From positions 2,383 through 66,382 of the forward strand of contig JAODBC010000003.1 of assembly GCA_025463765.1 (NCBI GenBank): a stretch of 64,000 bases of DNA. The letters are read 5' to 3'. Below the pieces are notes generated by a model. That model saw only the letters and a program-made list of their open reading frames with translations, was not told the origin of the DNA and made no database searches. The stretch is from Subtercola sp. GTDB taxonomy: Bacteria > Actinomycetota > Actinomycetes > Actinomycetales > Microbacteriaceae. The position numbers and the translations under genes are program-made. Of the stretch, positions 38,121 through 48,278 are shown piece by piece. Every line of letters begins with the position of its first letter. The first letter of the stretch is position 1.

Positions 38121-38158
38121 GTTACGGCCGTGTATCGCCGTCGCACACGCCGTGTTAC
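38121..38158 (-). promoter_or_regulatory. 11-bp-phased GlnR-like boxes
   Basis: Minus strand GTAAC-N6-TGTGC-N6-GATAC-N6-GTAAC. Confidence 0.62.
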
Positions 38159-38451
38159 GAGCTGCACGAGGGTTGCTGCGCCGGCCGCGCCGCGCCCCTG
38201 CGCTCTTGCTGCCGCTGCCGCTGCCGCTGCCGCGCAGGCGTGTCCTCGCAAGTGACGACTGTCGAGCTCTGCCGGGTGCTGACAGAGTTGAGTCATGCAC
38301 CCGCGCCGCCTGCTCGCCGTCGTCGCGGCTGTCTCTGTGTCGTCGGCGCTGTCAGAGGGGCCGATCGGATGCACGGCGAACGCGGTATCCCGCCCGGTCG
38401 ACTCGAGCCCGCGAACCGGCGCGAGCGGGATCGGATTGAAGGCGGTGCTGT

Positions 38452-39093
38452 TTGTCCACCAGTGATCCCGGCCGACGCCGAACAACGCGGCGTCGCGCTC
38501 GGATACGTGTCGGAGCGGGCGCGCTGGTCGCGGCCCTCGCGCTCGCTGGATGCTCGATGAGCCTGGAGAATCCTCTGCCGTCTGCCACCTCATCCGTCGA
38601 CGTCAGCCGCAATTACACGGCTCCCGCCAAACCGTCGGCCGGAGCGACGGCCACGCCCACGGCCCCGGCCGCGCCGTCAGCGGATGCCCGACCGCCTACT
38701 CTGCCCGGCCCGACACCGCCGAGCTTGGCCGCCGCCCCGCAGAACATCGGCGCGGCGGTACCCAGCGAGTACCTCGGCGACCTGCCGGTGCACCTGGCCG
38801 TCGACCTCGGCTCGCAGCCGCACGCCACCGGCACCGTCACCACCGATGCAAACGGAACACCGACGAGCTATACCGTGGCGGCCGACGACGACTCCGTCGC
38901 CGTCTCGCACCGCTTCGCGCTCGACCAGTACATGCTCGGCTACCTGAACTGCGTGCGGCGAATGGATGACCAGTACTTCATCGGCGACACCCTCAACCTC
39001 GACGCCGAAACCATCACCACCGTCGGCGACGAGAACGGCGTGAGTTACGCCTTCGCCGATCGCCTGCCGAATCCCCACCCGCAGCAGCACTGA
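38452..39093 (+). CDS. Putative lipoprotein with degenerate LysM-like motif
   Basis: LALAGC lipobox; YTVAADD...RF....LN......IGDTLNL; start uncertain. Confidence 0.65.
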   Translation: MSTSDPGRRRTTRRRARIRVGAGALVAALALAGCSMSLENPLPSATSSVDVSRNYTAPAKPSAGATATPTAPAAPSADARPPTLPGPTPPSLAAAPQNIGAAVPSEYLGDLPVHLAVDLGSQPHATGTVTTDANGTPTSYTVAADDDSVAVSHRFALDQYMLGYLNCVRRMDDQYFIGDTLNLDAETITTVGDENGVSYAFADRLPNPHPQQH

Positions 39094-39102
39094 CGCGCTG
39101 CG

Positions 39103-39321
39103 CTATTCGCCGGGTTCTTCGAGGCGGAAGCCGACTTTCAGGGTCACCTGAAAGTTCGCGATGGCGCCGCCCTCGAGCTCGCCCCGTGTGCCGACGACCT
39201 CGAACCAGTCGATGTTGCGGATGGTCTCGCTTGCGCGCGCGATACCGTTGCGAATCGCAGCATCCGTTCCGTCGGGCGATGTACCCACGATCTCTGTCAG
39301 GCGATAGGTGTGATTGGCCAT
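39103..39321 (-). CDS. Dodecin (flavin-binding)
   Basis: MANHTYRLTEIVGTS...IRNIDWFEV...FQVTLKVGFRLE; AAGGAG RBS. Confidence 0.93.
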   Translation of the reverse strand: MANHTYRLTEIVGTSPDGTDAAIRNGIARASETIRNIDWFEVVGTRGELEGGAIANFQVTLKVGFRLEEPGE

Positions 39322-39450
39322 GATGTACTCCTTTGTGTTCAATGAACCGTTCACTATCGACCATAAGGGCCCCTCGCTTTTCTGGCCCGAATTGTGACGA
39401 GCGAATGGGCGGCAGCATGATGGAACCACCGCCGTCTCAGCCAACGCCGA

Positions 39451-39954
39451 TCACCAGCCGAGAGTGCCCGGGGCTCCCTTGAACGGGCCGACGACGCGGG
39501 AGGTGATCCAGCCGCCATAGAAGTCGCCTTCTTGACTGGTCACCACCTCGCCGTCGAGGGTGCATTGCTGCATGGCCGACGGGTACACGGCGACCCGACC
39601 GGCGAGCGACTCATAACCCGGCGAGGGATTGGGGTAGAACCACGCAGCACCAGCGGCGGTCTGCGAGCCGCCGCGCACCGAGAGGTACCCGGCGAGACCC
39701 TTGAATTCGCAGAACGACTGGCCCTGGGCATCCGCCAGCGATCCGGGCCGAAAGGCCGCGGCCGGCAAGTAGTAGACGGGCGGATGACTCGTCTCGAGCA
39801 CACGCACCGAATCGGTCGTATCGACGATCGTCTCGCCGCCGAAGACGATGACAATGCGTTCGGTCGAGGGTTCGGCCCGAGGCGGCCTCGGGTAATCCCA
39901 GACCGACTCCTGGTCGGCGGCCGGCACCTCGCGAACGATCTGCGTGCGTTTCAT
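39451..39954 (-). CDS. DUF427 domain protein
   Basis: ESVWDYPRPP, VLETSHPPVYY, CEFKG, AWFYP, FYGGWIT. Confidence 0.9.
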   Translation of the reverse strand: MKRTQIVREVPAADQESVWDYPRPPRAEPSTERIVIVFGGETIVDTTDSVRVLETSHPPVYYLPAAAFRPGSLADAQGQSFCEFKGLAGYLSVRGGSQTAAGAAWFYPNPSPGYESLAGRVAVYPSAMQQCTLDGEVVTSQEGDFYGGWITSRVVGPFKGAPGTLGW

Positions 39955-40021
39955 GCTGAGACGTTAGCCGCCCAGCCCGAACGGTGGCTGTGTCGCTTCA
40001 CCACAGCGATGCGGCCGGGAG

Positions 40022-40750
40022 TCAGCGATCCTGAACTTCTTCGTAGGAGGTGGCCATATCGGCATTGTCCGGTTTGAATCGGTAACCCATTCCCGATTCG
40101 GTGAGCAGATAGCGCGGTTGTGACGGTTCTGGTTCGAGTTTTTTTCGAAGTTGCGCGATGTAGACGCGAAGGTACCCGCTGTCGTTGCTGTGGTGCGGCC
40201 CCCAGACCTGGGTGAGCAACGCGTCTCGGGTGATGAGTTTGCCCGGGTTTCGCAGCAGAACTTCGAGAATCGCCCATTCGGTCGGGGTGAGCCTGATGAG
40301 CTCGGGAGTCTCGGCCGTGCCGTGGTACGCGTTTTTTGCCAGGAGGTCGACGGTCACGGTGCCGAAGCTGATAACCGGAGAGTCTTCTGGGGTGGGGTTT
40401 CGGCGGGTGAGGGCTCGGATGCGGGCAAGGAGTTCGTCGATAGAGAACGGTTTGGTGACGTAGTCGTCGGCTCCGGCGTCGAGTGCTTCGACCTTGTCGG
40501 CTTCGCCGGTGCGGCCGGAGACGACGAGGATGGGTACCTCGCTCCAGCCGCGGAGCCCGTGGATGACTTCGACCCCGTCGAGGTTCGGCATGCCGAGATC
40601 GAGCATGACGAGGTCGGGGTGGTGTTCGATGGCACGGTTCAGCGCTTCAGTGCCGTCGGAGGCGGTAACGATCTCGTAGCCGCGAGCCCGCAGGGTGACA
40701 TTCAGTGCGCGCAGAATTTGCGGGTCGTCGTCGGCGACGAGTATTTTCAT
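40022..40750 (-). CDS. kdpE: Response regulator KdpE
   Basis: Receiver (LDLGMP, GADDYVTKPF) plus OmpR wHTH (YLRVYIAQLRKKLE); follows kdpD. Confidence 0.93.
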   Translation of the reverse strand: MKILVADDDPQILRALNVTLRARGYEIVTASDGTEALNRAIEHHPDLVMLDLGMPNLDGVEVIHGLRGWSEVPILVVSGRTGEADKVEALDAGADDYVTKPFSIDELLARIRALTRRNPTPEDSPVISFGTVTVDLLAKNAYHGTAETPELIRLTPTEWAILEVLLRNPGKLITRDALLTQVWGPHHSNDSGYLRVYIAQLRKKLEPEPSQPRYLLTESGMGYRFKPDNADMATSYEEVQDR

Positions 40751-43269
40751 GGAACCAGCTCCGGAACGGGTGTCGATGGGGTGTGGGCTTCAGGTAGGGC
40801 GATGACCATGGTGAGGCCCCCGCCAGGGGTGTCTTCAGCCTCGAGTGTTCCACCCATGCCTTCGACGAAGCCTTTTGAGAGCGCAAGGCCGAGGCCCAGT
40901 CCGGTGAGGTTGTCGGTGTCGCCGAGGCGCTGGAAGGGCACGAAGATGTCATCACGACGTTCGGCGGGAACGCCTGGGCCTTGGTCGGCGATGCGGATTT
41001 CGACGGTGCCTCCGAACTCGCTCGCAGAGATCAGCACGCGTTTATCGTCGGGAGAATACCTGACGGCGTTCGAGAGCAGGTTGACGATGACCCGCTGCAG
41101 AAGACCATGGTCGGCGCTGACCGGGCTGATGGTTTCGGGGAGGTCGAGTTCGACGCTCGCTGGGCCAAGCCCGAGCTCGTCGAGTGCGGGCAGAACGATG
41201 TCGCCGACGTCGACGGAGGTGAGAAAGACGGCGAGGGCGCCGGCCTGCAACCGGCTGACATCGAGCAGATTGGTGACGAGAAGCGACAGGGTGTCGAGGC
41301 TTTCGGAGGCGGTGCTGAGAAGTTCGTTGCGGTCTGCTTCGGTGAGTTTCACATCGGTTGCGCGCAGGCCACTGACCGCTGCCGTTGCCGACGTCAGCGG
41401 CCTTCTCAGGTCGTGACCGACCGCGGCGAGCAGAGCGCTTCTGACCCGGTCGGCTTGAGCGAGGGGTTCCACCTCTTGAGCTGTTTGGGCGAGGTCGCTG
41501 TATTCGAGGGCTGCCCCGATCTGCGTGGCGATCACGGTCAGAAGGCGTCGTTCAGAGGCGGCGAGGTCGCCGCCGTGAAGCTCGAGCGTCGCACCGTCTC
41601 CGACATCGATGTTCGTGATGTTGTCGGTCGCCGTGCAGTCGCCGTCGGTGTGTGTCGGTTCGCCGTCGACGATGAGACGAACCGCAGAGAGAGTGAAGGC
41701 TTCGCGGGTGCGGGTGACGAGTGCTTGCAGGGCGTCTTGGCCCCGCACGACGCTGCCGGCGACCGTGGCAAGCAGTTCGGACTCGGCTCCCGCGCGTCTG
41801 GCGGTGCGTGATCGGCGGGCGGCGAGGTCGACAACGGCACTCACGAGTACAGCGTTCACGACGTAGAGCCCGAGCGCGAACAGGTGCGCGGGTTCGGTGA
41901 CGGTCACGGTGTAGAAGGGTTCCACGAAGAAGAAGTCCAGTGTCAGCCCAGAGAGGAGGGCTGCGAACAGAGCGGGCCCGAACCCGCCGATCAGCGCGAC
42001 GACGACGACGAGCAGTTGGTACGCGAGAACATCGCTGGTGATGGAGTCCTTGGTGCGCAGGGCAACCAGAATCCACGTGAGGAGGGGCCCGCCGACGAGC
42101 GCGATCGCGAGTCCGAGAATGCGGCGCCGCAGCGTGAGCGCGCCGCCGAGCCGGGGCAGCGCGAACCGGCCGCCGGCCGCGGCGTGGGTCACGATGTGCA
42201 CGTCGATGTCACCGGATTCACGGATGACCGTGGCACCGATGCCCGGGCCGGTGAGTGCTGCGCTGAGCCTGCTGCGCCGGCTGACACCGATAACGAGCTG
42301 GGTCGCGTTCTCGGCGCGCGCGAAGTCGACGAGCCCGCGAGGAATGTCGTCGCTGACGACCTGGTGATACGTGCCGCCGAGGGAGTCTACGAGGGCGCGT
42401 TGTGCTAGCAAGGCGCCCGGATTGGCGTCACGCAGACCGTCGTTGCTGCTGACATGCACAACGAGAAGCGTGCCGCCTGTCGTTCTGGCGGCGATGCGGG
42501 CGCCGCGGCGAATGAGAGTTTCGCCTTCCGGGCCGCCGGTGAGGGCGACGACGACACGTTCGCGGGCCTCCCATTTGTTATTGATGCCGTGCTCGGTGCG
42601 GTAGCTCTTCAGGGCGCTGTCGACCTCGTCGGCGAGCCATAACAGTGCGAGTTCGCGCAGGGCGGTGAGGTTGCCGAGTCGAAAGTAATTAGATAACGCG
42701 GCGTCGATGCGGGTCGCTGGGTAAACGAAGCCGCCGGCGAGTCGATCACGCAGGGCTTGCGGTGCGAGGTCGACGACTTCGATCTGGTCTGCGGAACGCA
42801 GAACGCTGTCGGGCACGGTCTCGCGCTGCGGGGCACCCGTGATCTGCTCGACGACATCGGTCAGAGAGTCGATGTGCTGAATGTTCACGGTGGAGATCAC
42901 GCTGATGCCTGCGGCCAGCAGTGCCTCGACATCTTGCCAGCGCTTCTCGTGCGCCGACCCCGGGGCGTTGGTGTGCGCGAGTTCATCCACCAGCGCGATG
43001 TCGGGCTTTCGAGCCAGAACCGCGTCGAGATCCATCTCGGTCAGCTCAACGCCACGATGCACGGTGGTCGTGCGTGGAACGACCTCAAGGCCCAGCAGCA
43101 TGCTTGCCGTGCCTTTGCGACCGTGAGTTTCGACGACCGCGACGACCACATCTTTGCCATCACCCGTGAGGCGTCGGCCTTCTTCGAGCATGGTGTAGGT
43201 CTTGCCGACTCCGGGTGCTGCTCCGAGCAGCACCCGGAATTGTCCGCGACGCATCGATTCACTCTGCAT
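40747..43269 (-). CDS. kdpD: Sensor histidine kinase KdpD
   Basis: GAAPGVGKT, LVDELAHTN, Usp domain, 4 TM, HDLRRPLT, GLGLGL. Confidence 0.95.
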   Translation of the reverse strand: MQSESMRRGQFRVLLGAAPGVGKTYTMLEEGRRLTGDGKDVVVAVVETHGRKGTASMLLGLEVVPRTTTVHRGVELTEMDLDAVLARKPDIALVDELAHTNAPGSAHEKRWQDVEALLAAGISVISTVNIQHIDSLTDVVEQITGAPQRETVPDSVLRSADQIEVVDLAPQALRDRLAGGFVYPATRIDAALSNYFRLGNLTALRELALLWLADEVDSALKSYRTEHGINNKWEARERVVVALTGGPEGETLIRRGARIAARTTGGTLLVVHVSSNDGLRDANPGALLAQRALVDSLGGTYHQVVSDDIPRGLVDFARAENATQLVIGVSRRSRLSAALTGPGIGATVIRESGDIDVHIVTHAAAGGRFALPRLGGALTLRRRILGLAIALVGGPLLTWILVALRTKDSITSDVLAYQLLVVVVALIGGFGPALFAALLSGLTLDFFFVEPFYTVTVTEPAHLFALGLYVVNAVLVSAVVDLAARRSRTARRAGAESELLATVAGSVVRGQDALQALVTRTREAFTLSAVRLIVDGEPTHTDGDCTATDNITNIDVGDGATLELHGGDLAASERRLLTVIATQIGAALEYSDLAQTAQEVEPLAQADRVRSALLAAVGHDLRRPLTSATAAVSGLRATDVKLTEADRNELLSTASESLDTLSLLVTNLLDVSRLQAGALAVFLTSVDVGDIVLPALDELGLGPASVELDLPETISPVSADHGLLQRVIVNLLSNAVRYSPDDKRVLISASEFGGTVEIRIADQGPGVPAERRDDIFVPFQRLGDTDNLTGLGLGLALSKGFVEGMGGTLEAEDTPGGGLTMVIALPEAHTPSTPVPELVP

Positions 43270-43271
43270 GC

Positions 43272-43880
43272 TTAGCTGCCCAGCGCTGCCAGTGCGATGT
43301 TCAACTGCAGAACATTGACGACAGGCTCGCCCAAGAAGCCCAGATCGCGTGGAGTCGTGGCGTTGGCAACCAAGTGTTGTACCTCGTCTACGGGAAGATC
43401 GCGCACGGCGGCGATGCGTGCCACCTGAATCTGAGCGTACTCGGGGCTGATGTGCGGATCGAGTCCCGACGCTGACGCTGTTACCGCATCGGCGGGGATC
43501 TCGGAGATCGGAACATTGTCAGATGCGGCGATGGCCTGCTGACGTTCGGCGATCGCGGCCAGCAGATCCGAGTTCTCGGGGCCGTAGTTGCTGCCGCTCG
43601 ATGCCGCGGCGTCATAGCCGTCGCCGGCTGCCGAGGGCCGGGATTGGAACCATTCCGGCAGTGCGTTGCCATCGGAGTCGGTGAAAGACTGTCCGATCAG
43701 AGCCGATCCGACCACAGCGTCACCTGATTTGATCATCGATCCGTTCGCCTGCGCCGGCATCGCGAGCTGGCCGATGCCGGTGATGAGCGCGGTGTACGCG
43801 ATGCCGAGCACGATCGTGAAGACGATCATCGCGCGGAGGGCGACCCAGTATTGTCGCCCTGCGGTTCGTGAGGTACTCAT
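43272..43880 (-). CDS. kdpC: K+-transporting ATPase subunit C
   Basis: GSALIGQ, FQSRPSA, DAVTASASGLDPHISP, VNVLQLN. Confidence 0.95.
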   Translation of the reverse strand: MSTSRTAGRQYWVALRAMIVFTIVLGIAYTALITGIGQLAMPAQANGSMIKSGDAVVGSALIGQSFTDSDGNALPEWFQSRPSAAGDGYDAAASSGSNYGPENSDLLAAIAERQQAIAASDNVPISEIPADAVTASASGLDPHISPEYAQIQVARIAAVRDLPVDEVQHLVANATTPRDLGFLGEPVVNVLQLNIALAALGS

Positions 43881-43917
43881 GTAAAACCTTTCTTGTCGAA
43901 GTGTCGGCGGACGCGGG

Positions 43918-46092
43918 CTAGAAGCCCGGAATCAAGCTGACGAAAATGTCGATGATCTTGATGCCGATGAAGGGAGCGACGACGCCGCCGACGCCGTAGA
44001 TCAGCAGGTTGCGGCTGAGGATGCGCGAGGCGCTCAGCGGGCGGTACTTCACTCCGCGCAGGGCCAGCGGAATCAGAATGATGATGATCAGCGCGTTGAA
44101 GATGATGGCCGAGAGAATAGCGGAGGCCGGCGAGTGCAACTGCATGATGTTCAGCACACCGAGGCCCGGAAAGATGCCGGCGAACATGGCGGGAATGATG
44201 GCGAAGTATTTCGCCACGTCGTTCGCGATCGAGAACGTGGTCAACGCGCCGCGCGTGATGAGCAGCTGCTTGCCGATGCGCACGATGTCGATCAGCTTGG
44301 TCGGGTCGGAGTCGAGGTCGACCATGTTGCCGGCCTCTTTCGCGGCCGACGTTCCGGTGTTCATCGCAACACCGACGTCGGCCTGGGCGAGCGCGGGGGC
44401 GTCGTTGGTGCCGTCGCCGGTCATGGCGACGAGGTTGCCGCCCTCCTGCTCGCGCTTGATGAGCGCGAGCTTCTGCTCGGGGGTTGCTTCGGCGAGAAAG
44501 TCGTCGACGCCGGCCTCGGCCGCGATGGCGGCTGCAGTGAGGGGGTTGTCACCGGTGACCATAACGGTGCGGATGCCCATCGCACGTAGTTCAGCGAACC
44601 GCTCTTTGATGCCTTCCTTGACCACGTCTTTGAGATAGATCACGCCGAGTACGCGGGCGACACCGGTTGGGCTCTTGCTGGCGACGACGAGCGGGGTGCC
44701 GCCGGCTGTGGAGATGTTCTCGATCTTCTCGTCGAGTTCGGCGTGCTCGCTGCTCGAGAGACGACCGGCCTCTTCGACCCAGGCGACGACAGATGCGCCG
44801 GCGCCTTTTCGAATCTGTGAGCCATCGAGCAGGTCGAGCCCCGACATGCGGGTTTGGGCGGTGAACGGCACGATGTCACCGGCGACAGCCAGGCCGTCGA
44901 CGTAGTCGATATTCATTGCATTCTGTTTCACAGCGAGGTCGACGATCGACTTGCCTTCCGGTGTCGGGTCGGCCAGCGAGGAGACCGCTGCGGCGTGCAC
45001 AAGGTCGGCCTGGCTCACGCCGGTGAGGGCGGTGAACTCGGCGGCCTGGCGGTTACCGTACGTGATCGTTCCGGTCTTGTCGAGCAGCAGCGTCGTCACG
45101 TCACCGGCGGCTTCTACCGCGCGGCCCGACATGGCGAGCACGTTGCGTTGCACGAGGCGGTCCATGCCGGCGATGCCGATGGCCGAGAGCAGACCGCCGA
45201 TGGTCGTCGGAATGAGGCACACGAGAAGCGCCACCAGAACGGTGAGGCTGACCGGCGAGGCGGCGTAGCTGGCGATCGGGTTCAGCGTGAGCGTCACCAC
45301 GACGAACACGATGGTGAGGCTGGCGAGCAGGATGTTCAGGGCGATCTCATTCGGAGTCTTCTGCCTCGATGCGCCTTCGACCAGCGCGATCATCCGGTCG
45401 ACGAACGTCTCACCCGGCTTCGACGTGATCTGCACGATGATGCGGTCGGAGAGCACCCGGGTACCGCCGGTCACGGCACTGCGGTCACCGCCCGATTCCC
45501 GAACGACCGGGGCGGATTCGCCGGTGATAGCGCTCTCGTCGACCGAGGCGATGCCCCAGATAATGTCGCCGTCTCCCGGGATGAGCTCACCGGCGACGAC
45601 CACGACCACGTCACCTAGGGTCAGATCGGCTGAAGAAAGCGTCTCGATCGAGCTCGCTTCGGCCGACGGATCGGCCTTCGCGTCGTAGCCCAGCACCTTG
45701 TTCGCCGCGGTGCTGGTGCGGGTCTTGCGCAGGCTGTCGGCCTGGGCCTTTCCGCGGCCCTCGGCAACGGATTCGGCGAGGTTCGCGAACAGCACGGTCG
45801 CCCAGAGCCAGAGCGCGATGCCCCAGGTGAACGAGGCGGGCACGGGGGCCCCGCCGGAGTCTCCGGCGCCGCCGATGAACGGTTCAGCGATAGCCAGCGC
45901 CGTGGTCAAGGCAGCGCCGATCTCGACGATGAACATGACCGGGTTGTGCCACATCTCTCGCGGGTCGAGCTTGCGGAACGCGCCGGGAGTGGCGGCGGCG
46001 AGCTGGCTGAGCCCGAATGCGCCCTTCTTCTCGTCAGGTTTCGTTTCGGTGGGTTGGGGTTCTGAGGGCCGTAGGGGTGTGAGGGTGGACAT
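43918..46092 (-). CDS. kdpB: K+-transporting ATPase subunit B
   Basis: [23 protein letters not shown]. Confidence 0.97.
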   Translation of the reverse strand: MSTLTPLRPSEPQPTETKPDEKKGAFGLSQLAAATPGAFRKLDPREMWHNPVMFIVEIGAALTTALAIAEPFIGGAGDSGGAPVPASFTWGIALWLWATVLFANLAESVAEGRGKAQADSLRKTRTSTAANKVLGYDAKADPSAEASSIETLSSADLTLGDVVVVVAGELIPGDGDIIWGIASVDESAITGESAPVVRESGGDRSAVTGGTRVLSDRIIVQITSKPGETFVDRMIALVEGASRQKTPNEIALNILLASLTIVFVVVTLTLNPIASYAASPVSLTVLVALLVCLIPTTIGGLLSAIGIAGMDRLVQRNVLAMSGRAVEAAGDVTTLLLDKTGTITYGNRQAAEFTALTGVSQADLVHAAAVSSLADPTPEGKSIVDLAVKQNAMNIDYVDGLAVAGDIVPFTAQTRMSGLDLLDGSQIRKGAGASVVAWVEEAGRLSSSEHAELDEKIENISTAGGTPLVVASKSPTGVARVLGVIYLKDVVKEGIKERFAELRAMGIRTVMVTGDNPLTAAAIAAEAGVDDFLAEATPEQKLALIKREQEGGNLVAMTGDGTNDAPALAQADVGVAMNTGTSAAKEAGNMVDLDSDPTKLIDIVRIGKQLLITRGALTTFSIANDVAKYFAIIPAMFAGIFPGLGVLNIMQLHSPASAILSAIIFNALIIIILIPLALRGVKYRPLSASRILSRNLLIYGVGGVVAPFIGIKIIDIFVSLIPGF

Positions 46093-46097
46093 GGTGA

Positions 46098-47771
46098 TTA
46101 CTTGAGTCCTTCCGCTAGCGGACCTAGCGTGATTGCGGGGAAGTAGGTGAGAGCGACGATGACGACCGTGACAGCGACGAGCAGCCCCACGAACTGGGGC
46201 CGGTGCGTCGGCAGGGTGCCTGCTGTGGCGGGAACCTTGTCTTGAGCGGCCAGAGAGCCGGCGAGCGCCAGAACCAGCACCATCGGTACGAACCGCCCGA
46301 GCAGCATCGCGGCTCCGAGCGCGGTGTTGAACCAGGGCGTGTTCGCCGTGAGCCCGGCAAAGGCAGACCCGTTGTTATTGGCGGCTGAGGTGAACGCATA
46401 GAGCACTTCTGAAAGCCCGTGCAGCCCGGAGTTCCAGATCGAAGTGCTTGTCACATCGTCTCGCACCGCTGGTATCGCGAAGCTCAGTGCGGTGCCGGCA
46501 AGCACCAGCGTCGGGGTGACGAGAATGTAGATGCTGGCGAGTTTGATTTCGCGCGGCCCGAGCTTCTTGCCCAGATACTCCGGCGTGCGTCCAACAAGCA
46601 GTCCGGCGATGAAGACCGCGATGATCGCGAGGATCAGCATGCCGTAAAGACCGGAACCGACACCACCGGGCGCGACTTCACCGAGCATCATGTTGAGCAT
46701 CGGCATCATTCCGCCGAGGGCCGTGTACGAGTCGTGCATGGAGTTCACCGCGCCGGTCGACGTCAGCGTGCTGGCTGTACCGAAGAGGGTCGACCCGAAG
46801 ATGCCGAACCGGTCTTCCTTGCCTTCCATCGCGGCACCCGCGAGTTGCGGGGCCGAACCTGCCCCGATCTTCTCGAAGATCGAAAGGGCTGAGAGTGAGA
46901 CGACGAAGATCGTCGACATCACCGCGAGAATCGCGTAACCCTGCTTGTTGTCGCCGACCATTTTGCCGAAGGTGCGTGGCAAAGAGAACGGGATGGCGAG
47001 CATCAGCACGATCTGCAGCAGGCTGGTCCAGGCGGTGGGGTTCTCGAACGGATGCGCGGAGTTGGCGTTGAAGAAGCCGCCACCGTTCGTGCCGAGCATC
47101 TTGATCGCCTCCTGCGACGCGACCGGACCACCGGGAATGCTCTGCGTACCGCCCGTGATCGTGGTCACGTCTGTGAAGCCGTTGAAGTTCTGGATCACGC
47201 CTCCGGCGATCAGCACGATTGCGGTCAGGATCGACAGCGGCAGCAGCAGCCGCAGCGTGCCGCGAGTCAGGTCGACCCAGAAGTTGCCGATCGTGCCCGA
47301 ACGGCGGTACGCGAAGCCGCGCACGAGCGCGATGGCCACCGCGATGCCGACCGCTGCCGAGACGAAGTTCTGCACCGCGAGGCCGGCCAGCTGAACGCTG
47401 TACCCCATGGTGACGTCGGGTGAGTATGACTGCCAGTTCGTGTTCGTCACGAACGAGATCGCCGTGTTGAACGACAACCCCTCAGGAATGGCGGGCATGC
47501 CGAGCGAGTAGGGCAGCACGGCTTGCAGCCGCTGGATGCCGTAGAGAATCAGCACGCCGATAAGCGAGAACGCGAGTACTCCGCGCAGGTACGCGCGCCA
47601 GGTCTGCTCGGAGTCGGGGTTGACCCCGATCATCCGGTAGAAGCCGCGTTCGGCTTTGAGGTTGTGTTTGCTCGTGTAGATGTGTGCCATGTAGTCGCCG
47701 AGCGGGCGATAGATCAGAACAAGAAACAACACCAGGGTTGCGACTTGCACAATGGCGAAGAAGGTGTCCAC
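46098..47771 (-). CDS. kdpA: K+-transporting ATPase subunit A
   Basis: [30 protein letters not shown]; GTG start overlaps the kdpF stop by 1 nt. Confidence 0.96.
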   Translation of the reverse strand: MDTFFAIVQVATLVLFLVLIYRPLGDYMAHIYTSKHNLKAERGFYRMIGVNPDSEQTWRAYLRGVLAFSLIGVLILYGIQRLQAVLPYSLGMPAIPEGLSFNTAISFVTNTNWQSYSPDVTMGYSVQLAGLAVQNFVSAAVGIAVAIALVRGFAYRRSGTIGNFWVDLTRGTLRLLLPLSILTAIVLIAGGVIQNFNGFTDVTTITGGTQSIPGGPVASQEAIKMLGTNGGGFFNANSAHPFENPTAWTSLLQIVLMLAIPFSLPRTFGKMVGDNKQGYAILAVMSTIFVVSLSALSIFEKIGAGSAPQLAGAAMEGKEDRFGIFGSTLFGTASTLTSTGAVNSMHDSYTALGGMMPMLNMMLGEVAPGGVGSGLYGMLILAIIAVFIAGLLVGRTPEYLGKKLGPREIKLASIYILVTPTLVLAGTALSFAIPAVRDDVTSTSIWNSGLHGLSEVLYAFTSAANNNGSAFAGLTANTPWFNTALGAAMLLGRFVPMVLVLALAGSLAAQDKVPATAGTLPTHRPQFVGLLVAVTVVIVALTYFPAITLGPLAEGLK

Positions 47772-47860
47772 TAAAATCGCTCCGGTTTCACGAGCGCGAA
47801 GACGAGGTAGCCGAGCGAGGCGACGCCGAGAACGGCGGCGATGATGTCGAAGGCGATCAC
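47771..47860 (-). CDS. kdpF: K+-transporting ATPase subunit F (29 aa; not in ORF track)
   Basis: [29 protein letters not shown]. Confidence 0.92.
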   Translation of the reverse strand: MIAFDIIAAVLGVASLGYLVFALVKPERF

Positions 47861-47940
47861 AGCTTGCCGACCCCCTTGGCAATGAGTTCGACAATCGCGA
47901 ACAACGCGACGATGCCGACAATGTAGAACACGTCAAGCAC
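47857..47940 (-). CDS. 27-aa hydrophobic peptide upstream of kdpF (not in ORF track)
   Basis: [27 protein letters not shown]; GGAG RBS; GTGA overlap with kdpF. Confidence 0.75.
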   Translation of the reverse strand: MLDVFYIVGIVALFAIVELIAKGVGKL

Positions 47941-48039
47941 GAGAGATCTCCATCCGAATCAGGGAACCTGCAGAGCTCTCAGCGGATGGCTGGAAACTCA
48001 CAGGTACAGCACATGATTAGACACCCCGATTCGGCCGTT

Positions 48040-48099
48040 CTTCACGCTCCTAACGGATCCCTAACGCGTTATCCCCAGATCCCTACGGTTCTCCTACGG
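48040..48099. promoter_or_regulatory. Phased direct repeats upstream of the kdp operon (putative KdpE sites)
   Basis: CCTAACG at 48049 and 48060; CCTACGG at 48082 and 48093 (11-bp spacing within each pair). Confidence 0.6.
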
Positions 48100-48278
48100 G
48101 CATGCAAAATCGGGCCCCCGCCCGTACCCGCATAAACGCGGCAACACAAGCCCGAGTGCCAGCCACCACTCGGCCCCTACCCTGGCAGTGCAGCAGCCCC
48201 TGCAGCACATCACCCACGAGAACCCCGAACCAAAGGAGAACGATGTCGTGTCGCTCCCGGCGCCATGCGACACGCCAG

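Noticed and set aside
38208-38233. (GCTGCC)4 microsatellite
   Set aside because: Simple GC-rich slippage repeat with no supporting context.
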